Assembly (NCBI GenBank): GCA_016860985.1
Contig: BOKM01000001.1
Location: 591,462 to 655,461, forward strand
Direction: 5' to 3'
From: Patescibacteria group bacterium
GTDB lineage: Bacteria; Patescibacteriota; Dojkabacteria; GCA-002793355
Length of the DNA: 64,000 bases
Made by a program: the position numbers and the translations under genes. A model generated the notes under the pieces. It did not search any database and was not told where the DNA came from. It saw only the letters and a program-made list of their open reading frames with translations. This document shows, piece after piece, positions 28,377-40,600 of this stretch (within the stretch, counting starts at the first letter, position 1; the number at the start of each line of letters is the position of its first letter).

Positions 28377-28392
28377 ATTCCCGCCGGGCGCA
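28377..28392 (+). repeat. 16-nt direct repeat of the tRNA-Arg 3' end (ATTCCCGCCGGGCGCA), 138 nt downstream of the tRNA
   Basis: Exact copy of tRNA positions 28223-28238. The copy is flanked by the inverted repeat GGACATAT...ATATGTCC and followed by a T-run. Confidence 0.6.
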
Positions 28393-28683
28393 TTTTTATA
28401 TGTCCTCTAATCCAGTAAATCGTAAAATTTCCCGTTGTTGAATGGATGTGGTCGCGCGGTGTGTTTCCCAAGGGTTCTTTTGCTAGTTATCTAATGCGTA
28501 AATTGGAGTGGTTTTGAATTCGTTCTATTACCCAAACATGAAAAAAGTGAAAATGTAGAACAGGTGCACTGTGAAACACTCTGAGTTGTAAACAGAGGAG
28601 CTGTTTCACAATGCAGACGAAAGTGGCAAAAAGTACCGAATTATCCACTTGTTTTGTGTGTATAAGTCTTGTATATTTAATCA

Positions 28684-31600
28684 ATGAGAAACAGAAGCGG
28701 GCAGAGCCCCTCCGCTTTCCTTCGGGTAACGCTTTTTGCGTTGCTTTTGACGACTTTTTCATTCTTGGGGCAAGTTCGTGCAGCGACGACTGACACAATT
28801 TCTTTTCAAAGCAAGCTTACAAATACCGATGGTACAAACATTTCGAACGGTACGTACAACTTCCGTTTTCGAATGTACTCCGTGTCTTCCGGTGGCACTT
28901 CCCACTGGACTGAAGATAGATCGTTAGTCGTGAATGCTGGCGTTGTGTCTGTTGATTTGGGGGCGGTTCAAAGTTTTCCATCGGATCTATTTGATTATTC
29001 TGATCTCTATCTTCAGGTCTGTTTCGATGCAAATGGAACTGACTTGGATAGCTCTGATGCGAATTGTGGAAGCGGTTCACATCGCTATGAAGAGGTATTT
29101 TCGACAAGAAAAGCAATTACTGCTGTCCCTGTGGCATTTAGAGCAAAATACCTAACGGATGGTGCAGGTAATGCCTACGGGTTTAACGATTTCTTTATCC
29201 AAGGAGGCAATGCCTTTGGGGCGGTTGGGGTTATCGGAACTACTGATAATTATGGTCTTGAATTTAGAACTAACAATTCAGTAGTAGGCTCTTTTGATAC
29301 TTCTGGTACCTTTGAAATGGCAGGGCTAGCAAAAATAGGTGCGGTTGCCATCGATGATGCGCCGTCGAACACTTATGGTCCAGCGCTCTGGGGCGGCACT
29401 TTTAACAATGGATTAACAATTAAACGGGACCTTGTAGACCTTTCAATGCAGGTAGTAACAGGGAGTCTTACGGAATTAAATATTAACCCATCTGCAACTC
29501 CGATAGCAGATTCAGTTGGTTCACTAACGTTAGTGTATAGCAATGCTGCAAATTCTGAGAATCTATCAAGCCTGTATGGTGTTTATGGAGAGACGATACA
29601 TAGTAGTTCAGGTACGGCAGATTATTTATACGGTGGTCATTTTTCAGCTTCGAGGGATACTAGTACCGGAGGGGCAGTGGGTACAACTTATGGAATTAGC
29701 GCATATGCCGCTGATGGCGATAATATAATTGCTGGAAGTTTTGTAGCTAATAGACAATTGGGCGCAACAAATGTAGACACCAAAGGCGTTAGCTCATTCG
29801 TTTCCAATCAATATGCACAGTCTTCTGGTGTCGACAATACATATGGGTCCTATGTGAGTGTATCAAGACAAAATGCAACAGGTGGCACTGTAAATACGTA
29901 TGGTATTTATGCCGAACTTGGTGGCGATAATGCTGGGTCTGGGGTGCATACAACCTACGGTTTATATCTCGAAAATTTTGGAGGTGGCGATACAAACTAT
30001 GCGATTTATACAAATGGTACAACGCCTAGCAGATTCGGTGGAAGTATTACGACCGAAGGTATTCTTGGCATCAAAGAAACCGGTACGACACCTACGTACT
30101 ACACATACTTTCAAGGTGGGGACCAAGCAGGTGATATTACCTATACTTTGCCTACGGCTTCGAGTAACGGGGTACTTACCAACACGGGTGGCGTACTGAG
30201 CTGGGCAGCAGGTGGCGGTGGAATTAGCCAAGTTGGTTCAATGACTAGTTCTGTGGTTTTTGGTGATGTAACTGCAGACGATGACTGGCTTGGTTTGGGT
30301 GCTTCGGCGGGGAGGATTGAATTTGATGATTTAACCATCGATGAAATAAACATTCTTGGTGCGAGAGTTGGTATTGGAACTTCGACGCCTACTGACGCAC
30401 TGTCGTTAGTTGTGAATGAAACAGATAATGCGATTTGGGGTGGCGGTGTATCTGTATTTTATGATTATGCTCCAGCAACAGCAGGCACTGGGTATCCAAT
30501 TGGAATAATAAATTCAGTGAGTGTGGGCGTCGGGAATGCCAATGGAATGAGCGGTTTAATTGGTATACAAAACGAAGTCTCAAATGACGGAAGTGGAGAT
30601 ATAGATAATCTCATTGGTATGATCACTTCTGCTTACAATTCAGGGTCGAATCAGGTCACTTCGATTATGGGTGCATCAATCTCTGCTGGGGCTTCTGGGG
30701 GCGGTGCAACAAATCTAATTGGATTGAATGTTTCTGCTAATGACACTATTCCAGGCGTTACTAACCTGTATGGAATCTATGTCGGAGCATTCAACGATGG
30801 AATCGGAGATACACAAAATCGTTACACTCTCTATCTTGCAGAAGATGAAGATGGAAGCACGGCAGTGAATGATTTTGGCCTGTATTCAGCTGACCCAAAT
30901 GTAGTGAACTACTTTGCAGGAAATGTTGGTATTGGAACTGTTTCACCAACAAGTTTTGTACTGCAGGTGGCTGGAGACATTGGCCCTGACGCTGACGATA
31001 CATACGATTTAGGATCTTCTTCTTTGAGATTTAGGGATTTGTATTTAGGTGGAAACACATTGCATATTGGAAGCTCCTTAACAGACGAAGGTACCATATC
31101 TTATAACACCACGACCAACGTTTTAGGAATCTCTACAGACTCAACGACTAATGGTGATATTGCGTTCTTTACTAATCAACTCTTCTTGGATAAGTCGAGT
31201 GGCAATGTCGGAATTGGAACAACTGCACCACTTTCAACACTAAATATTGCAGATAACACTGGCCCTGTAACGCTTACCTCAACGTTATTGGGTGATCCAG
31301 GAACAACAGGGGCGCTAGGAAGGTATGCATTTAGAGCGGAAACAACGGAAGCCCCAAGTTGGACAACAGTTTACAACACACCAGAGGTAACGGTATCAGC
31401 CTTTGCGTATGATTATGAGAATGGAGTTATGTACGCGGCTGCAGGTGGCGGAAATGGTGTAATTTATCGTTGTGTAGTATCTTCTGGTTGTGATGTTTCA
31501 GGCGATTGGACGGAAGTGTACGATGCAGCTAGTTTGTGGGATCAACCTGCCATTGTGTTTGATGCTGCAACAAATACGGTCTTCTCTACATCTGATGGAG

Positions 31601-34600
31601 TGGTGTCGCGTTGTGATACGAGTACTGGTTGTGACGCACCTGGTGATTGGGCAAATGTATTCACGAGTGGTGATGATGATGTACTTTCACTCGGAGTTGA
31701 TACCGCTAATAGTGTTCTTTACGTTGGTTCAGCATGGACACAAGGAATAATTTACCGATGTGATATTGCAGCAACTAGTTGTGATGCTTCTGGCGACTTT
31801 ACTACAAGTTTTGACACTCCAGACGATGGTCTTACCTCAATGGTCTATGATGCTACAAATGGCACGATGTACGCGGGCAGTGAATGGGGAGGTGAAGTGT
31901 ATCGTTGTGACACAGCAACGGATTGTGACGCCGGAACTGACTGGACTGTATCAGGAGATCTTCCTGGTTCCGGAAATCTAATTCACGCACTTGCAATCGA
32001 TACCGCAAACGATATTTTATATGCATCGTCAGATGATGTCATTTATCGGTGTCCTTTGAGCAGTGGTTGTGATGCTCTTACCGACTGGTCAATCTCGTAT
32101 GATACGAATCTCTCTGGTGTCTACAGTTTAGGGTACGATACTGTACACGAAAGAATGTTTGCAGGAACAGGAAACACCGGAATTGTATATCAATGTGCGA
32201 CTTCTACCGGTTGTGACAGCTCGAGCGATTGGTCAGTATCTTATGATTCGACACAAACCTCGATATTAAGTATTGGTGTAGTGAATGGAGTTGTGTATGC
32301 GGGTAGTGGAAATGGCGGTTTTATCTATCGATTTGATGATAATACTTCTCCGACCTACGCAAACTACGCAGCGATAGAAGCTTATGCAGTTGATACAGTT
32401 ACAGGCTCAGAAGATGGCCGACTATCGTTTAAAACAATGCTTGGTGGAACTGAATATGAGTCACTTCGAGTTTCCGGTAATGCTTCTACGTTTTATAGCT
32501 CACTTTCTTTGGGTACTTCTTCGGCTGGATATGATGCGACATTTAATGCTTCTGGTGTAAATCGTTCTCTTTTCTGGGAATCCTCGACGGGGAGATTGAT
32601 AGGTAGAGATGGTACAAATCCGATGGTTATGTTTACTACTCAACCAAGCACCGCGGATGGTGTCTTTACCTCCTTTAACGCTACCGGCACTTCGAAGGTG
32701 GTCCAGTTCGGTAATGCTGCAATGAATATTGGTGGTGGAGGTAAGTTCCGACTGTTTAATCAGCCAACGTGGGCAGTTGGAGAAGATCCAGGAGCAATGA
32801 GTGCGGTAGAAACACTCGAAATGAACTCGGCAACAGGTTCAATTGGCATTAATCCAAGTGGAAACGCTTCTGCACCTACAACTGAGAATATCCGGATAAC
32901 AACTAATGTAAGTGTGGCAGCAGATATTACCGGACTGTATATTACCGGAAGTAATCCAGGAGGAAGTTGGACCGCAGGGTATTTTGGGGGAAATGTAGGA
33001 ATAGGTGCGACTGGTGTTCCAAATGCCACGCTAAATGTTAGGGGAAGTGCAAATCAAGTGCAGTTTGCAGTAAGAAATAATGGTACGCAAAGTGCAAATA
33101 TGGTTGAGTTTCAGAATTCTTCTGGTACTGCTTTAACTTCCATAAACTCAAGTGGTCATCTTGATTTGTCGGGCAATGCAATTCCAAATGCATGGAATAC
33201 GGTATTAAAATTTAATAATGACACATTAGGGGCTACTGAACTCGCTGGTGGTTTTACGAATGGTTTTATCCGTTCCTCTACAGGCAGATTGCTTGTTAAC
33301 TATATTACTGATAATGCAGCAAACTCACTTTTTGGCGGTGGAGTTAATGGTGATGCCTATAGGCGTTTCACGATGGGTGGTGACGGAAAATGGAGTGTTG
33401 GAGATGGAACAGGGCTTCAAGATACGAACTTATACCGATCTGCTGCAAATCAGTGGACTACAGATGATTCTTTTAGAATAAAGGGAACGCTTGGAGTGAT
33501 GGAAGGCACTGGGGCTACATACTACACTATTTTCCAGGGTGGAGACCAAGCTGGAGATATTACCTATACTTTGCCAACCGCCTCGTCAAATGGCTTCTTG
33601 CAAAATACAGGCGGGTTACTCAGTTGGGCAGCCGGAAGTAGTAGCGTAACTGTCGGTTCAATGACAGGGGGAACCTTGTTTGCCGATGCCACCGCAGATG
33701 ATGATTGGCTAGGTTTAGGGGCAAGTGCAGGTCGCATAGCCTTTGATGATCAAACAACTGACTACGTGAACATTTTAGATGCGAATGTCGGTATCGGAAT
33801 TGCAGCACCAACAGAACGACTTCATATAGCAAACAATGGGGACACGTACTTAAATATCAACGCAACTAATGGATCTGGACAGATAAGCGGCCTTAAACTG
33901 CAACGGGGAACGTGGTTAACCGATACGTATACTGATTACAGTCTCTACGTTTCTAACGGTGATTTTATGATTGACACGCTTGATGACAACGTGACAACGA
34001 ACGTTTTTCATATAGACGGAGCAACCGGCTATACCGGTATTGGAATGTCAACGACAGCAAATCGATTGGCTGTAAAAGGTGGGCAATCAGTAGCCACTAT
34101 TGGTGTGAGTAATTTGATTACGGCAGACGGCACCTTTGCTACTTCGAGTGGGTGGACAGCAGGTTCAGGGTGGAGTATTGGTTCCGGAGTCGTGACTCAC
34201 ACAACAGGTAACACTGCGACATTGTCCGGAACGACTGGTGCAACCGACGATGATCTCGTTTATCAGGTTAATTTTACGGTTGCGGTGACAACTGCGGGTG
34301 ATGGGTTTACGGTATCGCTTGGCGGGAACGATGCGGGAACAACAATAACTACGGCTGGTGCAAAGGTATTGTATATTCGCCCAACTGATTTAACTGGTAC
34401 CCTCGTCTTTACCCCAGGACCTGCTGGAACTTTTGTTGGAACGATTGATGACGTAACAGTATATGCAATAAGTCAATCTAATGCTGATGTTTTGGTCCAA
34501 AACAGCAACGGAACTACTAATCCTCTCGAGTTACGCGCAGGAGGTAGTGGAGCGCTAAGCACATTTATCGGTACTAACGCAGGTCGTTACAATACGACAA

Positions 34601-37600
34601 CAGGTGGTGGTGGAAATGGTTTGTACAACACCTTTGTTGGTTATAACTCCGGAAGGTTTAACGCAACAGGAAATAGTAATACAACCCTTGGGCACTACGC
34701 TTTGGCACGAAATACAACTGGTTACTCTAATACTGCAATCGGTACGTGGGCAATGGAATATAACATCTCTGGCTATCGAAATAGCGCTTTTGGAGATGGC
34801 GCTTTAGGTCTGAACACCACGGGCTACGAAAATAGTGGTTTTGGCATGTACTCGCTTGCAGAAAATACAACAGGTAATCGTAATGTTGCACTTGGTTACG
34901 CCGCACTTGAAGAAAACACAACGGGACATAGCAACATTTCAGTGGGTAGTCGTTCAGGTCGTTATTTGGCAGATGGGTCTACTCCCAATACGAATTCAAT
35001 CGAGTCAATTTTCATTGGAACTGATACAGAAGCACTCGCGGCCAGTGGAACAAACGAGATTGTGATTGGCTATGCAGCAGAAGGGTTAGGAAGTAACTCT
35101 GTGGTTCTTGGAAATGATTCCATTATAAAAACACTTTTGCGAGGTAATGTGGGTATCGGTGCAAGTTCAAGCAACCAATTGTATGTTTACGATGGGCAAT
35201 GGGCCGATACCGTCAACCCACAAGTATTGATTTATGGAGTAGATAATGAAACCCAAGTAAAGGCACTTTCGATTGTAGATGAAAACGATAATGAGTACTT
35301 TTATGTACGTTCGACGACCGATGATCGTGGAGAAACATACTTCTTAGGAGATGTTGGAATAGGTGTCGAATCTCCTGCCTATGCACTCTCGGTTCAGGCG
35401 GCAGCCGGACAAGATGCAATAAACTGGAGAAACCCGACATACGAATTAGGTCGGTTAGGATATTCGACGGATAATGACAGTGGTTGGTTAGGTCTTTATC
35501 GTAATGGTTCAAGTGAGGTTGAAATTAAAGCAAATGGTGATTCTTATTTTAATGGTGGGGATGTTGGTATTGGTTTAGATTATGCAAATACTCGATTGCA
35601 CGTGAAAGGATCTAGTTCCCTCGCAAGTGTAGGGGTGACCAATTTAGTCACCGCAGACGGTACTTTTGCGACATCCTCAGGATGGACAGAGGGAACAGGT
35701 TGGACAATTGGTTCTGGTGTTGCAACGCACGCAACAGGGAATACAGGAATACTTTCAGGTACAACTACAGCAACAAATACATCAACCGTTTATCAAGTAA
35801 ACTTTACAACAACAGTTACAACAGCAGGTGATGGATTAACAGTATCCCTCGGTGGGCAAGACGCAGGTGAAACAATTACAACTGCTGGTGCAAAAACACT
35901 ATATATCGTTCCGTCAGCAGGCACAGGAACACTTGAGTTTAAACTCGGAGCACTTGGTACGTTTGTCGGTACTATTGATGATGTAACAGTGTATGCGTTA
36001 ACGGGTTCCACAGCAGATGCAACATTCGAAAGTAGCAATGGTACGAGCAGCCCGATTGAGTTACGAGCAGGAAGAAGCTCAAGCAACAATACCTTTATTG
36101 GAACGAATGCAGGTAGCTTTAGTACAATAAGCGGTGGGGGAACTTACAACACCTTTATTGGTTATGATTCTGGGCGATACACTACAACAGCTAGTAGAAA
36201 TACTGCACTTGGCACTTGGTCCTTTGCCCAAAACACAACTGGTTATCGAAGCACCGCAATTGGATATTCTGCGTTGAGTGAAAATACAACTGGTTACAGA
36301 AACACTGCACTTGGTTCGAACGCCTTAGAACTAAATACAACAGGGTATGATAACGCAGCCGTTGGAACGTACGCGCTTAATGTGAACACAACGGGTTACG
36401 AAAATGCTTCTTTGGGCATCTACTCACTTGAGGCAAATACAACAGGAAACCGAAATGTTGCAATTGGTTTTGCTGCATTGGAGAATAACACCACAGGGTA
36501 TCGCAATACCGCAATCGGTAGCCGTTCGGGGCGCTACCTTGCCGATGGGGTGACGTCAAATACAAACTCAATATCATCCATTTTCATTGGTTCGGATACA
36601 GAGGCACTTGCAGCAAGTGGCACAAATGAAATTGTGATTGGTTACGGAGCAGAAGGGTTAGGAAGTAACTCGGTAGTACTCGGTAACGACTCCATAACAA
36701 AAACATTACTGCAAGGTAACGTAGGAATTGGTGCGAGTTCAAACAATCAATTATATGTGTACGACTCACAATGGGCAGATATTACGAATCCACAAGTATT
36801 GATTTATGGAGTAGACAACGAAACACAGGTTAAGGCACTTTCGATTGTCGATGAAAATGATAATGAATATTTCTACGTAAGGTCTTCACCCGATGATAAA
36901 GGCGAAACTTATTTTAATGGTGACGTTGGAATTGGAGTAGAATCTCCTGCCTACAAACTAGCGGTTGGTGGAACGCTCGGTATTCTTGAAGGTGGGAGTA
37001 CACCAAGCTTTTATACAATCTTCCAAGGTGGTGATCAGTCGGCAAATCTTACCTACACGTTGCCAACGACTTCTACAAACGGTGTATTGACCAATACTGC
37101 AGGCGTTTTGAGTTGGGTTGCCGGTGGTGGTGGCGGTATTGGGCAGGTTGGTTCGATGACGGGCACTCCGGCTTTTGGCGATGCAACCGCAGACGATGAT
37201 TGGTTAGGTTTAGGTGCGAGTGCGGGAAGAATAGCGTTTGATGACCAAGCAATAGACTACGTCAATATTCTTGATGCGAATGTTGGAATTGGATACGCTA
37301 CGCCAACTGCGAGATTAGATATTCAAGGTACTGTGACCGAAGCTTCGCTCGGAGCTGAAATGATTACTGCAACTGCAGACCGTGATTTCTCTTCTTGGAC
37401 TGGAAATTGGTCGGGCACTGATTGGGCACCAAGTGGTGACGGAAGAGCAAGGCACTTAATTTCAGTTGGCTTTTCGCATCCATTTTCTTTAAGTAATGCT
37501 GCGTTGTCTGCGGCACCAGCTTCCGGGAATGTTTATAAAATTACATTTACGGTAGAAACTTCTACCGTGGGCTCTCTCCTTGTTAGTATCGGGGGTGCAA

Positions 37601-40600
37601 ACTCGGGTGTTTTAGTTGGAAAACAATTGAATACTGAAACTCATACAGTAGTCATCACTGCAACAGGCACAGGTGCACTAACATTTACACCTAACACAGG
37701 TGGATGGGAAGGTTACCTGGATGATATCTCTGTGGTTCAGGTTACACCTACCAATGCTGTAGAAATATTAAGAAATGCAGATGGAACAATTGGGTCAGAA
37801 TTACGTGCCGGTGGTTCAGCTCTATATAATACTTTTGTAGGTAACTCAAGTGGCCAAGCCAATACAACAGGGTACAACAATGCAGCTTTAGGACGTCAGG
37901 CTTTAGGGCACAATATTGCCGGATATCGGAATAGTGCAGTCGGGTACAACGCCCTCTATGAGAATACGATTGGTCATGATAACGTTGCATTTGGTACATT
38001 CGCTTCTCGTTGGAATAACATTGGAAATTACAATACTTCGGTCGGTGTATATGCACTTGGAAGTTCAACAAGCGGCTCTTATAACACAAGTATTGGTTAT
38101 CAATCACTTTACAATGTAACAAGTGGCAATAATAACACCGCGTTTGGTAGTTCTGTGGGGTATTCTTTGAGTACTGGAGCGAATAATGTATTGTTTGGCT
38201 ATCAGGCAGGAGACAATCTTACCTCTGGCTCCAACAATATCGTTATCGGTTACAATGTTGATGCGCCATCTGCTACGGCTTCGAACCAACTCAATATTGG
38301 CAACTTTATTTTTGGAACAGGAATCGATGGTACGGGTACAACAGTATCGAACGGCAGGATTGGTATTGGGACAACTGCGCCACAAACTACTTTTGACGTA
38401 GCTGGTTCCGGAGCATTTAGCGCGCTTGGTGTGAAGTATATTACAGGCTCTATTGATCCAACTGCTTCAACTACCGTTACCGGTACAGGCACGCTCTTCT
38501 TAAGTGAAGTTGATCCAGGAGACAGAATCGCACTAGATGGCACAGCTACTATTACAGGTTCCATTGACCCTACTGCGTCAACTGCAGTAACTGGAGTTGG
38601 AACGCTCTTCCTTACTGAGCTTAAGGTTGGTGATCAAATTACCGTTAATTCCGAGACTCGAACTGTTATCGCAATTGCCTCGAACACTGCTTTGACCGTT
38701 GGTGTTGCTTTTACTGACACAGCAAACGACACATCAATAGTGCGAACGTCAACCGAAATAAGAACGGTTGTTTCTATTGCTTCCAACACTTCCTTAACAG
38801 TCGACAGGGCATACCTCGATAATAGTGCAGATAGCCAAATTACAGTGTATCGAGATACCTTTGATGTGACAGGTGCAGCCCTATTTAAAGGTGGTGCTTT
38901 GTTTACGGGACTTGGAACTCCAGGTGCGCCAACAGTCACTCCTCAAGGCACTACTGGCGCTGCAACATGGACATATAAAATTTCAGCGGTCAATGCAACA
39001 GGCAATGAAACAGTGCTGTCTGCAGATGGTTCAACCACCTCAGGTAATGCCACTTTGTCAGGGACAAATTTCAATAGAATTACATGGTCCGAAACTCCAG
39101 GTGCCGCTGCGTATAGAATTTATCGCGTCGCAACGGGTACTTCTCCAAACACCTCGGGGTACATTGGAACAGTTGATGCACACAGTACATTGCAGTTTGA
39201 TGACACGGGTATTGGTATCATGGGTGGTTACTCAGGGAGTGTATTCGATGAAACAAGTAACGTAGGAATTGGCACACTTAAAACACCACCACGAGACACA
39301 CTCACGGTAGACGGAAGGATTAATCAGACATGGCACTATATGTTTGAGGATTTCTTTGGAGGCAGAGCAAACCAGACGGCAAACGCAGTAATCAACGCAG
39401 GCAATGCAATGAGTTTTGCAAGAATCGGAACATCGGGTTGTACAGCTTCTTATCCGAGTGTCGCAAACGGAGTATATAGAATGACATCTGGTGCTACGGC
39501 GGCCTTAGGTTGTTTGCTTTCTCAGGCTGGTACTGCAGGGTTACCAAATATTAAGCAAGTTGATGTCTCACTCGCGCCAGTGCTTGAAGTGGTCCTTAAC
39601 CCAGGAGCGACTTCGGCAAAAACAATGATTGTTGGTTTTTCTAACCAGACAACCGCAACGGTTGCCGAACCTACTGCAGGCTTGTATTTCTATGCCAGCA
39701 CGGCAGGTACTCCTTCTGATCAATGGATAGCGGTTGCCCGTAACGCATCTGTTTCAACCACACAGGCCACAGGAGTCACAACAAACACAAATACGTATCA
39801 AGTTCTGAGGATTGAAGCATCAGCTACTCATGCACGCTACTATATTAACGATGTACTTGTTGCAGATTTGAGAACAAATATTCCTGCGTCAGGTGCAACC
39901 CTCGAATTCGTAGTCGGTCACGCGACAACGGCAGCAGCAGCTAAAACGGTGGACATTGATTCAATTGAGTTCTGGCAAGATGATCCAGTGGTTTCAGGTA
40001 TGCCTGGACAGTTGCCCGCAGGCTTTGATGGTTCAAACTTACTTCAGAATCACATGCTTTACAGTGATACAACCTACGCGAAAGGTGCAAGCGAAGAAAC
40101 GATTCCAGAAGGCTACGTCGTCTCGTTTACTGATAGCACAGAATTCGATGATAACGGAAAGAATAGATTAGTGTACAACATTGAAAAATCAAAAGCTGGA
40201 GATTCGACCGTTCTTGGTATTGGTTCAGGACTTATTGATCCAAATGCACCTTTTGAAATTGGATTAAATCCATATGCTGTTGCACTCTACGGTCCAACCT
40301 ATGCGTGGGTAGAAGAGGGTGGAGAAACAAATATTACCCTTGGACAAGAGCTAAGACTTTCGAGTAAATCAGAAGGTGTTCTGTCGGTTGAAGGTGGACA
40401 GATAATTGCACGTTCACTAGAAGTCGTAGACTGGAATGTCATTGATGGAGTCGAAGGGCAATCAAAGCGAAAACTCATTAAGGTCTTTGCAATGAATGGT
40501 GGCTCACAAAATGCTGCTCTGGTTGCAGGTGGGGTAAGTAACTACTTTACGGCAGTTGATGATTCCTCGATCCAGACACCATACAGACTTATTGCCAATT

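Noticed and set aside
28270-28395. Possible tmRNA (ssrA), because of 'GGATTCGAC' plus a tRNA-like 3' end 'TTCCCGCCGGGCGCA'
   Set aside because: The acceptor would be Arg-like with no G3:U70 and would have to borrow its 5' strand from a complete, anticodon-bearing tRNA-Arg. No tag-peptide reading frame ending in (A)LAA-stop was found, and no T-stem partner was convincing. It is more likely an att-like repeat or structured leader.
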